Assembly (NCBI GenBank): GCA_963771045.1
Contig: CAVYRW010000004.1
Location: forward strand, 864,001 to 928,000
From: Waddliaceae bacterium
Lineage (GTDB): Bacteria > Chlamydiota > Chlamydiia > Chlamydiales > SLFE01
DNA length: 64,000 nt
Reading direction: 5' to 3'
The translations under genes and the position numbers were made by a program. Below are positions 20,973 to 32,705 of the stretch, one piece after another. The notes under the pieces were generated by a model that saw only the letters and a list, made by a program, of their open reading frames with translations, was not told where the DNA came from and did not search any database. How positions within the stretch are numbered: the first letter of the stretch is position 1; each line of letters starts with the position of its first letter.

Positions 20973-23639
20973 TTAATTTTTCTTTGTCAGGATATCGGCT
21001 TTGATCAATATGACCATAGCAGCCGATTCCGTTAGGTTGATTGTTTCGGTTGTTTTCTCTTCTCCCATTAATTTGCATAAACTCTGATATAGCTGAGGGC
21101 ATGCGGCAATTTCGCGATCGGCGACCTTCCTAAAATTGGCAATTAACACTTCAGGAGTGAAATGAGTGAAAAATCTTTGATAAAGGTGTTCAAATGATTG
21201 GTCAATCAACTCTTCTGAAATGTTGGCGGGACGAATATCAAGAATAGGACTCAAAGGCAACCCCAAGCTGCTTCCGATTCTGTTTTTGATATAAATCGAT
21301 TGAATATCAAAAGGTTCAATAGCCGTCTCTTCCCTATTTAATCTCTTGAGCAATATCGATATATAATCAAAAACAGGGTCTTCAATGGACGGTTTATTCC
21401 CAATCATTTCATTGAGATATGAAGATTTCGAGAATAAATAATTATATAAGACTGTTTCAAGAATATGCGAGGTGGTTTCAAGAGCGCTGCTGCTATGATA
21501 AAGCGGACCCCTGCAATTGAGCGGGAGGGCATAAAAGGCTGTCGATATCGCCTCAGGAAGACTAGGCGGCCAAATCCTCACAGGAAGCTTATAGTGCTGA
21601 TGTTTAAAGCAACGTAAAAATTTAAGGAATTCAGAATCAAGTTTCTCAGGACAAAGCTGCTTAAACCAATCGATGAGCCAAGCAAGCTGATATGCAGTTA
21701 TTGTCATCTTGTCTTGATCCCATTGATTGAATAATCTTGTAAAAAGCAGCTCGTCAAATTCGCTTTTCCAGTAGTATAAATGCCAGCCATTTACGCTTCT
21801 AAACTTCCCTTTAGAATTGCATATTTTATATAACTGCTTCAAATCTTCCGGTTTTATTCCATCGGGCAAATCTTTCCGGGTTGGAATTTTCTTCACTTTG
21901 GTCAAAGATTCCGGATGGATGAAAAAATCTTTAAATGAAGGTTGATTTGAAGGTTGCGGATTTTGAGAGTTGGCATCTTCAATATATTGTAACATTATTT
22001 TAAACGGATTTCTTGGATCGGATGGATTTTTGATTTGCAACAAGATATTAAGAGTTGCACTCACAATCGGATCATCCCACTCAATCAGCCCATTGGATGC
22101 AGTTGCTAAGATGAGTATCCCAGCGAATGTGGAATAATTTTGATCAGCAGAATATTTGAGTGCCGAAAAACTTATTTTACACAATACATCGTAATAATCA
22201 GCTTCTTTCAGAACATGGCTTTGCAGGGCATCATTGACCAGCTGAAATAATAGGGAATAAGCATGTCCAAAATCGAATAGGTAAGGCTGGGCAACCTTTA
22301 AAATCTTTTTCCGGAATCCTTCAGGAAATTTTGCGGCTGCTTCTAGAACCTTGTCGATCATCGAATGGTTCATCTGCTTTGTAATAAATCCCTTGGACAA
22401 TTGAATAATCAACTGGCCATGGCATTCAATTTTGGTGGCTATGAGCTTGATTATTTTTAATACTTCCCAGGTATCTATTTCTTTTTCTCTCAAGGATATG
22501 GCTAAGTCGACAATGGACTCGCGATCGTTTTTGTCTACACATTCATGAAGCGCACAAAGGAAATCACTAATTCCTTTTGTAGGCTCATCATTGATAAAAT
22601 AGCGGCAAACCAATGCCACTATCTCTTCTTTCTCTTTGTTATCAATCGTAGCGAGTTTGCAAAAAATCGATGACAGTTGGCAGCCGCTACATTGAGATGG
22701 CAAAAATTTGGCGGCAGCAGCGCAGTCTCTTCGGTTTTTATTCCCCTTTACCGAAACAACCGCTTTTAAAATCTGATTTCGTGCATTAGCCCCGTAATAC
22801 GGCTGTTGCAAATCACAGACAATTGAGACGATCGCATTCCTTTCGCATCTCTCTGTCTTCAGCAATATGTCAATGGATTCAATAAAATAACTTGGCCAAG
22901 AAACTTCAGGAATGATGCGGTTGACCTGATCGACGATTTCCTTTCTTTCAACTTCATCTTGAATTGAAACCACCTTGCTAATCAGTTCATGCAAGCCTAT
23001 AAAGTCCCTGTCATATTTAATGGAATTAACCAATTCGACCAGCCGCGATCTCTCTTCACTATCATAACCACCAAGAATTTCAATGACCTTTTCGGAATCC
23101 GTCATAAGGCTATAACAAGAACGTTTACACAAATACTTTGTCTGATCGACAATATTTCGGCGTTCTTTTGGGTCAATCTTCTGAAGAATTTGTATTCTTC
23201 TGTTTCTCTTGAAGCTACCCCCTAACTGATGGGACATTTCAATGAGAGGGCCTCTTTCAGGCCGTTTAATCGATGAAACGGTTTTGAGGGTCTTAATCAT
23301 ATCCTTTTCGCGACATAAGCCCAGATCAGCTACCCTCTTGCAGACATCTTCTCTCTCCTTATTGCTGATCGACGCGACAGCAGACATTACGAGAGCAACG
23401 TTTACCTTTTCCCACTTGAGGTAATCAAAATAATGAGTTTTTTTGCAAAACGACCATGTATAATCACAGATCTGTTTTTTTTCTTCCGAATCATAGCCCT
23501 GCAGAATCTTTTCGGCGATTTTTTGATAAACATGCTTTTTAAAAGCATTTTTTCGCAATTTTTCTTCCCGCCGTGCACCATCACATTTTCGACATATATC
23601 TTCAGACTTCTGTAAACAATCCGGTATCCTGTACATCAT
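20973..23639 (-). CDS. Large hypothetical protein with degenerate helical repeats
   Basis: About 888-aa ORF from ATG 23639 with an AAGGAGG RBS; recurring ER-x-x-IV motif in the N-terminal half. Confidence 0.8.
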   Translation of the reverse strand: MMYRIPDCLQKSEDICRKCDGARREEKLRKNAFKKHVYQKIAEKILQGYDSEEKKQICDYTWSFCKKTHYFDYLKWEKVNVALVMSAVASISNKEREDVCKRVADLGLCREKDMIKTLKTVSSIKRPERGPLIEMSHQLGGSFKRNRRIQILQKIDPKERRNIVDQTKYLCKRSCYSLMTDSEKVIEILGGYDSEERSRLVELVNSIKYDRDFIGLHELISKVVSIQDEVERKEIVDQVNRIIPEVSWPSYFIESIDILLKTERCERNAIVSIVCDLQQPYYGANARNQILKAVVSVKGNKNRRDCAAAAKFLPSQCSGCQLSSIFCKLATIDNKEKEEIVALVCRYFINDEPTKGISDFLCALHECVDKNDRESIVDLAISLREKEIDTWEVLKIIKLIATKIECHGQLIIQLSKGFITKQMNHSMIDKVLEAAAKFPEGFRKKILKVAQPYLFDFGHAYSLLFQLVNDALQSHVLKEADYYDVLCKISFSALKYSADQNYSTFAGILILATASNGLIEWDDPIVSATLNILLQIKNPSDPRNPFKIMLQYIEDANSQNPQPSNQPSFKDFFIHPESLTKVKKIPTRKDLPDGIKPEDLKQLYKICNSKGKFRSVNGWHLYYWKSEFDELLFTRLFNQWDQDKMTITAYQLAWLIDWFKQLCPEKLDSEFLKFLRCFKHQHYKLPVRIWPPSLPEAISTAFYALPLNCRGPLYHSSSALETTSHILETVLYNYLFSKSSYLNEMIGNKPSIEDPVFDYISILLKRLNREETAIEPFDIQSIYIKNRIGSSLGLPLSPILDIRPANISEELIDQSFEHLYQRFFTHFTPEVLIANFRKVADREIAACPQLYQSLCKLMGEEKTTETINLTESAAMVILIKADILTKKN

Positions 23640-24028
23640 TTCCTCCTTATCCTGTGACAAAAGCAGTAGATTAAAAGATTATTGCTATATAAATCCTGCA
23701 GAAATCAAGCAGTATTTTATTATCTGCGTTCATCTGTGTCAACAAATTACAACTCCCTGATTCGTCAGTCATGTCAAATGACATGACTTCCTCAGAATCT
23801 GAAAAATTTAATCACTTTCTAGAGCGTCTCACAGCGGATTAGGGCACAATCATGGGTTAAAGAATCCATTTTCCTTCCTCTCTGTGATCTCTGTGGGCTT
23901 TTTGGTAGAAAAATTCATAGCAGACATATTGAGATTAAAAGGAATAAATTAACTGGTGATATCTTTTAGGTACACTGCCTAATATATTCAAGAAAAAGGT
24001 CTGAGTGTTTACCGCTAAAGCGTCTCAC

Positions 24029-25072
24029 TCAATAATAGGTTACAGGAGGGGGAGTTGATTCTTTGATACTTTTCAGCTGATGCCAGTAGGGGTAAGGAAG
24101 GGGTTTTTGGCTTGCTTTATCAAGCTTTGCGATTTGATCCTTGCTTAAATTCCAGCCGACAGATCCGAGGTTGTCTTTGAGCTGCTCTTCGTTTCTCGCC
24201 CCGAGAATCACGTTGGCAACAGTCGGCCTTTGAAGCAGCCAATTAATCGCTATTTGCGGAATCGATTTTCCTGTTTCATTAGCGATCTCTTCTAAGACAT
24301 CAACGACATTAAAAAAATAGTCATCTGCTACCTGCGGACCCGCCTCAGAAGTGGCGTGCAAGCGGCTCACTGACGGCAAAGACGGAGATTTTCTCGTGAT
24401 TTTACCCGTCAATCTTCCCCATCCCAGGGGGCTCCAAACCAACAAGCCAATCCCTTGATCCATGGCAAGGGGCATGAGCTCTGCTTCATAATCCCGGCCA
24501 ATTAGGGAGTAGTACCCTTGATAGGCGACATAGCGCTCCAGTCCTTCTCTTTCAGAAATAGACAAAGATTTCATGAGATGCCATCCAGAAAAATTCGAAC
24601 AGCCGATATAACGAATTTTTCCGCTCTGAACAAGGTTATCAAGAGTCCTTAATGTTTCCTCCACAGGAGTCGCGGCATCAAAACCATGCAATTGGAATAA
24701 GTCTATATAATCGGTGCCTAATCGTTTTAAACTTCCTTCAACAGCATTGATAAGATGGTGGCGGGAAGACCCGGCGTCATTGGGATCATCTTCGCTGAAC
24801 CGAAAGGTTGCTTTTGTGGAAAGAAGAACCTTTTCGCGGCGCTTTTTTATCGCAGCCCCGAGTATCGCTTCCGAGGATCCGCATGAATAGATATCGGCCG
24901 AATCAAATAAAGTCGCCCCATGATCTAAACAGATGTCGATCATTCGGGACGCTTCTTTAACGTCGGTTTTTCCCCAGGCTTCAAATAATTGTCCTCTTCC
25001 GCCGAAAGTGGCGGTTCCAAAACTCAATACAGGAACTTTAAAGCCGCTGCGGCCTAACTGTCTATATTCCAT
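24029..25072 (-). CDS. Aldo/keto reductase
   Basis: FDSADIYS, SLKRLGTDYIDLFQLH, GKIRYIGCSNF and WSPL motifs. Confidence 0.95.
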   Translation of the reverse strand: MEYRQLGRSGFKVPVLSFGTATFGGRGQLFEAWGKTDVKEASRMIDICLDHGATLFDSADIYSCGSSEAILGAAIKKRREKVLLSTKATFRFSEDDPNDAGSSRHHLINAVEGSLKRLGTDYIDLFQLHGFDAATPVEETLRTLDNLVQSGKIRYIGCSNFSGWHLMKSLSISEREGLERYVAYQGYYSLIGRDYEAELMPLAMDQGIGLLVWSPLGWGRLTGKITRKSPSLPSVSRLHATSEAGPQVADDYFFNVVDVLEEIANETGKSIPQIAINWLLQRPTVANVILGARNEEQLKDNLGSVGWNLSKDQIAKLDKASQKPLPYPYWHQLKSIKESTPPPVTYY

Positions 25073-25136
25073 AGCATTTCCTCCTCAATAAATCTGAACA
25101 CTTAGATCCTTAATTGTCAATTTCGGTCTAAGGTAT

Positions 25137-26336
25137 CTCTGTACTGGACAAAAAATGATTTGATAAAAAAATGTCGCTGATGAGATTGTAACTCGTTGAA
25201 AACCAAATCTAGCGAGGTACATTTATGAATCACATCAGCGAACTAAGAACCATTCTAGCCAATTTTTTCAATTGGAACAAGGCCAGAATCACTTGCTTGA
25301 CCCACATCGTCCAAGCTCTGTTTTGCGTGCGGACCATCAACCTGGCACAAATCGCGACGGCATTCCAAACAGATTGTAAAGAAGAGTCTGCTTATCGCAG
25401 GATATGCAGATTCTTTACTGACTTCTCATTTGACTTCAGTTGTATAGCCCCTTTCATCCTTAAATTGTTTCCCCTGGATCAGAAATGTACGCTCATCCTT
25501 GATCGGACGAACTGAAGTGGGGCAAGACCCCGATTAACATATTGATGCTCTCAATCGCCTATAAAGGGATCAGCATCCCTTTTTTCTGGTCTGTATTAGA
25601 CTTGGAAGGTAACTCATCCACACACGACCGAGTGTCGCTGCTCAAGCGCACTCTCAAAAAGTTTTCACCCGAGAAAATCGAAGCTTTTACTGCTGATCGA
25701 GAATTTATTGGCGAAGATTGGTTTCTTTTCTTGATAGACGCACGTATTCCATTCGTTATTCGTGTGAAGGGCTCGTATAAGATTTTCGAGCTAGACTCTG
25801 ATGAATCGATTTCCATTCATCAAATCCTGAAACGCTATGGAAGAAGAAAAAAAGTCCTCAATGTCCCGGTAGAGCTATGGGGGCTGCAGCTGTATTTATC
25901 CTTTCGGAAAGGCAAAAAAGGTTCGAAAGAGCCCATGATTGTGGTTTCGAATCATGACTTTGAAGATGCGTTAGCGGTCTACAAAAGGCGATGGGAAATA
26001 GAGACGCTTTTTGGGTGTCTTAAAAGTCGCGGCTTTCGCATGGAGGATACTCATGTAACCGATCCAGATAAGATCGAGAAAATCCTCTTTGTCTTGGCTA
26101 TCGCCTTCTGCTGGGCCTATAGAACGGGTGAAATCCAGTCCAAGATCACCCCCATTCGGAAGAAATCCCATGGGAGAAAGAGTAAAAGCAAATTTCGACT
26201 GGGACTGGATATAATTCGGAGGGCTCTCATGAATCTCGGGTCTAATATTAATGAAATCAAACAGATACTGTGGCCTTTAGCCTGCTTAGAAAGAGGAGGT
26301 TGTCATGTGTGAAATAATTTTTTGTCCAGTACAGAG
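25137..26336 (+). mobile_element. IS4-family IS, 1200 bp
   Basis: Perfect 20-bp IRs CTCTGTACTGGACAAAAAAT; 9-bp TSD CTAAGGTAT at 25128-25136 and 26337-26345. Confidence 0.93.
25225..26312 (+). pseudogene. IS4-family transposase with a 1-nt frameshift near 25514 (real or a sequencing error)
   Basis: DRTN(W)KWG with one G missing; ADREFIG and YKRRWEIETLF (YREK-type) motifs. Confidence 0.85.
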
Positions 26337-26459
26337 CTAAGGTATACACAATCAATGAAGTATGTTTTTCTAAGCTTTATTAATAATTATCTTGCGAATC
26401 AAAATTAATTTTTAATAGTATAAGTTATATAGAGAAATAATTGTTAAGGAGTTATTTTG

Positions 26460-26999
26460 ATGGATATTATTTACAAACATCGACCGCTTCTTTTTGTTGA
26501 AAGCTTAATTTTGTTTGCCGCAGGTTCAATTGCAATCACACTTCCGGTCGTTATGACTTTGAGTTTGGAATTGCTTTTCGGGATCTTTTTATCATCACAG
26601 GCGCCTACCAAATTGTCCGCGCCATTTACTGGCGGGAGCATCCAGGAGGCTGGATACCCACTGTTATCAATCTCATTTCCTACATCGCAATCGGGATACT
26701 TCTTCTAACACTGCCAATTAAAAGCGTGATGATTTTGAGCATCCTTTTAAGTATTTGGTTCATTGTTGACGGCATTACAAAAGTCATTACTGGTACCTTT
26801 TATCGAACACGCCAGGTGGTACATCTACAGCGGCATTCTGGCTATCGGTTTAGCTTTTGGAGTCTGGTTCTTCGGCCCCGAGACTTCTTTATGGGTCTTT
26901 GGGGTTTTAGTAGGAGTCAATATGCTCGTCTTCGGGCTGACACTCATACTTTACATACTCCTGGCTACTTATTGCACGAAGCGAGATACCCGGCTGTAG
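26460..26999 (+). CDS. HdeD/DUF308-like membrane protein with two frameshifts
   Basis: About six hydrophobic helices across three frames; ends with GVLVGVNMLVFG. Confidence 0.6.
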
Positions 27000-29900
27000 C
27001 GGACTTTTTGCATCGGGCGAGTTTTTCTGGAGTGCCGGTAAACATGACATTGCCTCCTTTCTCGCCGGCGCCGGGACCGAGGTCGATGAAGTGTCGGCAT
27101 TTTTGATCATATCGAGGTTGTGTTCGATGATGACCATTGTGTGGCCTTTGTCGACGAGGCGATGGAGTACCTTGAGAAGCTTTTGAATATCGTCGCTATG
27201 CAGGCCTATAGTCGGTTCGTCCATGACATAGAGGGTCTTTCCACGGGCCCTCTTGGCTAGCTCGCGGCTCAGTTTTATGCGCTGGGCTTCGCCGCCGGAA
27301 AGGGTGACCATTTCCTGGCCAAGCTTGAGATAGCCCAATCCGACGTCGATAAGAGTGTCGATAATGCGTATGATTCTCGGAAAATTTTCAAAAGCAAGCC
27401 GCACTTCATTGACGGTTGAGTTTAAATACTGGCCGAAGTTCTTGCCGCCGTATTTGACTTCGAGGCTCAACGGGTTCAGCCGAAGCCCATTGCACTCTTG
27501 GCAGGGTACTTTGACAGAGGGAAGAAAAAACATCTCGACTCTTTTATATCCCAGCCCCCAGCAGCCCGTACACATGCCTTTTTTGTGGTTGTAGCTAAAA
27601 TGGCGGGAGATGAGCCCTTTGGCGCGAGCCTCCGGGAGTTGGGCGAAAAACTCTCTCATCCTGTCAAGGACTTCGGTGTAGGTCCCGACGTTCGAACGAA
27701 TTGTATGGCCTATCGGATTCTGATCAATGGAAATGATGGTGTCGAAATTCTGTATGCCCTGCACCTTGGCAAAGGGGAAAATATGACGTATCTTCGCCGG
27801 ACAAAAGCCCCTTTTCGACTGCTGGAGACAGGATTTGGTGGATCAGTGTCGATTTTCCCGATCCGGAGACGCCGGTCACTAAGGTAAGAAGGCCGCACGG
27901 GATCTTGACTTCGATGGATTTTAAATTGTTCAAGGAGGCGTTCTTGATTGTGAGGAAGGTCTTTGTTGGGGTGCGTCTTTTTTCTGGAACAGAAACTTTT
28001 AGCTTTCCAGACAGGTACTTTCCAGTTGAGGATTTCGGATTTTTTTTAATCTGGCTGAGAGTGCCCCTCGCAACAATATGACCCCCTTTTTCTCCCGCCA
28101 TGGGGCCGAAGTCAAGCAGTGTGTCGGCAATGGAAATGGTGAGGGGATCGTGTTCGACAAGCAAAAGGGTGTTGCCGAGGTTCTTCAGTTTCAGAAGCGC
28201 TTTGTTGAGGCGTTCGTTGTCTTTGGGGTGCAAGCCGATGGTCGGTTCGTCAAGAACATACATGGATCCGGTAAGTCCGGATCCGAGCTGGCGGGCAAGC
28301 CGGATGCGCTGGGCTTCGCCTCCGCTTAGCGTCGGAGCCATGCGGTTTAGGGAAAGGTAGTCCAGTCCAACTTCGCACATAAAAGCGAGCCGTTTTTCAA
28401 GCTGCGACATCACCTCTTCTAAAAGATGTCTTTCTTCGGTAGAAAACGTGAGTTTTTTTAAAAAATGAAGGGCTTCGTTAATCGGCAGGCTGCAAAGGTC
28501 TTGAATTCCCTTGTTTTTAATGGTCACATGGCGCGCTAGGTCGTTAATGCGGGCGCCGCCGCAAGAGATGCAAGGCGTCTCTTCCATCAGCATGATCGCC
28601 GCTTTGCGAATGGAAGAATCGATGCTGCGAACCGAGTGCGCAAGGAGTTGGTTCAATCCCGCCCAGCGGAAATAGAGCCCTTCCGAGGTTTGATAATGCC
28701 TAGATTCAGACGTCCCTTCTAAAAGCTTCTGAAGATGCTTGACGGGAAGGTCGCTAAGCGGCACTTCGGATTCGATCCCTTCGGAGTCTAAAAACAGGTA
28801 AAGCATTTCATAGGCAGCTTCGGAAAAATAATCGCCCCAAAGCTGCTGCATCAATTCGATAAAGGTGAGGTCCATGATCTCTTGATGCTTGATGAGGCTT
28901 GCTCCATATTGAAATCCGAGCCCCTCGCAATAGGGGCACATGCCACCTTGGGTGTTGAAGGAAAACGTATGGGGTGTGATTTCAGGGTAGGATTTGCCAG
29001 TGCTTTCAACAGAGAAGGAGAGATTAAGAAAATGTCCTCCTCCTCTTTTTGAATAATTAAGCGGTTGCCTCCGATTTTAGCGCATGTTTCGACAGCTTCA
29101 AAAACGCGCTGGCGGATATTGGGGCCGGACTTTAGCCGATCGACAATCAAGAAGGAGTTCATGTTTCCGTTTAGGATCGTAGGGGATGGCCTCGGGATCC
29201 TCAAGTTCGTAGATAATCTCCGTCGAGCCGAATCCTGAGATATCCCATACGCTGAAATCGGGAGATCAGTTTCGGAAAACTTTTCCTGTCTGCCTATAGG
29301 AGCGAAAAAATAAAGGGGAATATTCGGAGGATAGGCCATCACACGGTCGACGACATAATCTTTGCTGATAGCTTTGATCCTCTCTTTAGTTTCTGGGCAG
29401 TGGGGTATGCCGACTCTCGCAAAAAGGATGCGCAGATAGTCGTAAATTTCGGTCAGGGTTCCTACGGTGCTGCGGGGGTTGCCCGCATGGATTTTTTGCT
29501 CGATGGAAATGGCGGGGGAAAGTCCGGTGATGGTATCTAAAACGGGTTTTGGCATTTGTTTGACGAACTGACGGGCATAAGGGGAAAGCGATTCAATGTA
29601 GCGCCTTTGTCCTTCGGCATAGACAGTGTCGAAGGCAAAAGAGCTTTTTCCCGATCCGGAAGGGCCTGTGCATATAGTAATTTTTCCTCGCGGTATCGAG
29701 GCGTCGACCCCCTTGAGATTATTTTGTCTGGCACTTTCGACGATAATGTGCTGAATCCCTTTGACGTTTTTCTTCCTGGCAGGGGGTTTTTGCAAAATTT
29801 TTTGAACCTCTTTGATAAGGGTTCCGTTTAAGATATGGCAGGCGGCGCGCCCTGTTGCCGTTTTCTTTTTGGCTATTTGTTCCGGCGTTCCGACTCCGAC

Positions 29901-32642
29901 AATGTTTCCCCCGCCTGCTCCCCCTTCAGGCCCCAAGTCAATGATCCAGTCGGCGGTTTTGATCACTTCCATATTATGTTCGATCACAATAACAGTATTG
30001 CCGCGGTCGACGAGCTCGTGAAGGACTTCAAGAAGATGTTTCACATCGTGATAATGCAGCCCTGTCGTGGGTTCGTCGAGAATGTAGAGCGTCTTTCCCG
30101 TCGCCGGCCTGACCAGCTCTTTGGCGAGTTTGATCCGCTGCGCTTCTCCACCTGACAGCGTGGTGGAAAATTGCCCCAGTTTCAAATAGCCGAGTCCAAC
30201 TTTGATCAGCACTTCCAGTTTATGGCGAATGGAGGGAATGTTTTGAAAAAATTCGAAAGCTCTGCCGACATCCATTTCAAGAATATCGTAGATGCTTTTC
30301 CCTTTGAATTTGACCGACAAGGTTTCAGTGTCGAAGCGTTTGCCGAGGCAAAGAGGACAAAGCGACCCAAGCGTCTTCCATAAAATCCATATCAACTTTT
30401 CTGAGTCCCATTCCGGAGCATTCGGAACACGATCCTTCTCTGACATTGAAGCTGAATCGTCCGGGTTTGTAACCTCTTGCCTTGACTTTCGGGAAGCTTG
30501 GCGAAGAGATCTCGGATATCGTCGAACAGTTTGATGTAGGTCGCGGGGTTGGAGCGGGGGTTGCGGCCGATCGGGGACTGGTCGATGCCGATTGCTTTGT
30601 CGATGTTTTTGATACCGAGGATTTTTTTGTGCTTGCCGACATCATGGTCGCCGCCATGCAGCGCATTGGAGAGGGAGGGATAGAGGATCTCGGTGATGAG
30701 CGAAGATTTGCCGGAGCCCGAGACTCCTGTGATTCCGATGAAGACTTCCAAGGGAAACTCCGCATCGATTTTTTTGAGATTGTGGTGCCGGGCTCCCAAA
30801 ACCTGGAGTTTCGCTTTGGAGGGCTTGCGCCTTTTTCGGGGAATGGGGATTACAAGCTCGCCGCGAAGATATTTGGCCGTTAAGGAATGAGGGTTTTTGA
30901 GCAGTTTTCTTAAGTCTCCCTGGACGACAATTTCGCCCCCTTTGGAACCGGCCCCCGGGCCAAAGTCGACAACGTGGTCGGCAGAGAGTATCGTTTCCTC
31001 GTCATGCTCGACGACTACAACGGTATTTCCCATATTGCGAAGGTGTTTGAGTGTTTCGATCAGCTTGAGATTGTCTCGGGGATGAAGGCCGATGGAAGGT
31101 TCGTCCAAAACATAGGTGATGCCTACAAGTCCGCAGCCTATTTGAGAGGCCAGGCGGACCCTTTGCGCTTCCCCTCCGGAAAGGGTGGGGGCTGTTCTGT
31201 CGAGTGCGAGGTAATGGAGTCCGACTTGAACAAGAAAATGGAGGCGCTCGCGAATTTCCTTGAGAAGTTCCTAGGCGATTAACTGTTCGGTTCGGGTCAG
31301 GGAGATTCCCTCGAAAAAACGGACGCACTCGCCGATTGTCATCGTAGAAATTTCGCTGATGCTTTTTCCGCTGAGCTTTGCGGCTGCCGGATAAGGCTTC
31401 AGGCGAGTCCCCCTGCAATCGGGGCACTCTTGTTTGTGCATCAGCTCGAGCCATTTTTTTTCTGTAGCGCTCCGTTTTGGCCTCCTGGCAGCGGACATGC
31501 GCCTCGTGGAGAACTCCTTTCCATTTTATGCGGTCGGTCCAAACATAGCTTTTAACGGGATGAACAAAGGTCATTTTCAGCCAGCGGTCTTCGGGCGTTC
31601 CATATAGAAAGATATCCTGCGCCTTTTGCGAAAGTTTTTTCCAGGGGGTGTTGACGCTGAAGCCAAAAATTCTGGCTAGGTTGTCATAGATGTTGCCATA
31701 CCTTACAGTTTGGTGCGAAGTGGCGATGGAGCAGCAGTCCTTGGCGATGCTTTTGTTCGGATCGATGATAAGGTCTAGTTTAAATTCATTGATCATTCCC
31801 AAACCGTGGCATCTTGGACACATGCCGATGGGGCTGTTGAACGAAAAGTCTTGAGGCTCCAGGGATTTATAGGAGAGTCCCGACTTTGGAGAAAAGGCGT
31901 GCATCGAAAAGAGCTCTTCCTCTTCGGTTTCCGCATTATACACTATGCAGACGCCGCTGCCTTGCTGAAGAGCCTGGGTAATGCTGTCTGTAATGCGGGA
32001 TTTATTGTCCGGTTTGACCACGGTTCTGTCGATCACAAGATCGATATTGTGGTGGACGTTTCCGCCTAGCGAAACGTCGTCGTTTAGCGAGATCCATCTG
32101 CCGTCGGCCCTCACCCGCATATACCCTTTTTTCAAAAGGTCTTGAAAATCTTCTTTGAACTGTCCTTTTTTGTCTCTTGCAAAGGGGGCCATGATGATAA
32201 TTTTAGATTGATCGGGATAGGCCTGAACTGTTTTGATGATCCTTTCTTTGCTTTGAGGCTCGACAGGCTCTCCGCTCAAGGGGCAGTAAGGAGTGCCGAT
32301 TCTGGCAAACAAAACCCTTAGGTAATCATGCACTTGCGTCATAGTCCCGACAGTAGAGCGGGGATTCCTTCCGGCTGTTTTTTGTTCAATGGAGATTGTG
32401 GGGGAGATCCCTTCGGCGCTTTCGATATCGGGTTTGGAGAGCTCGCCCATCTGCCTCCTGGCAAAATGGGAGAGAGATTCTACGTAGCGGCGCTGCCCTT
32501 CGGTATAGATAGTATCAAAGGCAAGGGATGACTTGCCCGACCCCGACACTCCGCTTAAGACTATGAGCTGGTGCTTTGGCAGGCTGATATCAAACCCTTT
32601 CAGGTTGTGAACGCGAACTTTTTTGATAGTTAAAGCTTTCAT
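26965..32642 (-). CDS. uvrA: Excinuclease ABC subunit A, chlamydial fused double UvrA (about 1890 aa), with several frameshifts
   Basis: Four Walker A motifs (GxSGSGKS), four LSGGEAQR signatures and Zn fingers over seven ORF pieces; stop inferred at 26965. Confidence 0.93.
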
Positions 32643-32705
32643 TTAAATAAATTTTTTGTATTGTAAGCATATATAATAGTCTCTTAGAACTTAAATAGGC
32701 AAGAG

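Noticed and set aside
25500..25545. Programmed frameshift in the IS4 transposase
   Set aside because: There is no slippery sequence; a single G is missing from a Trp codon
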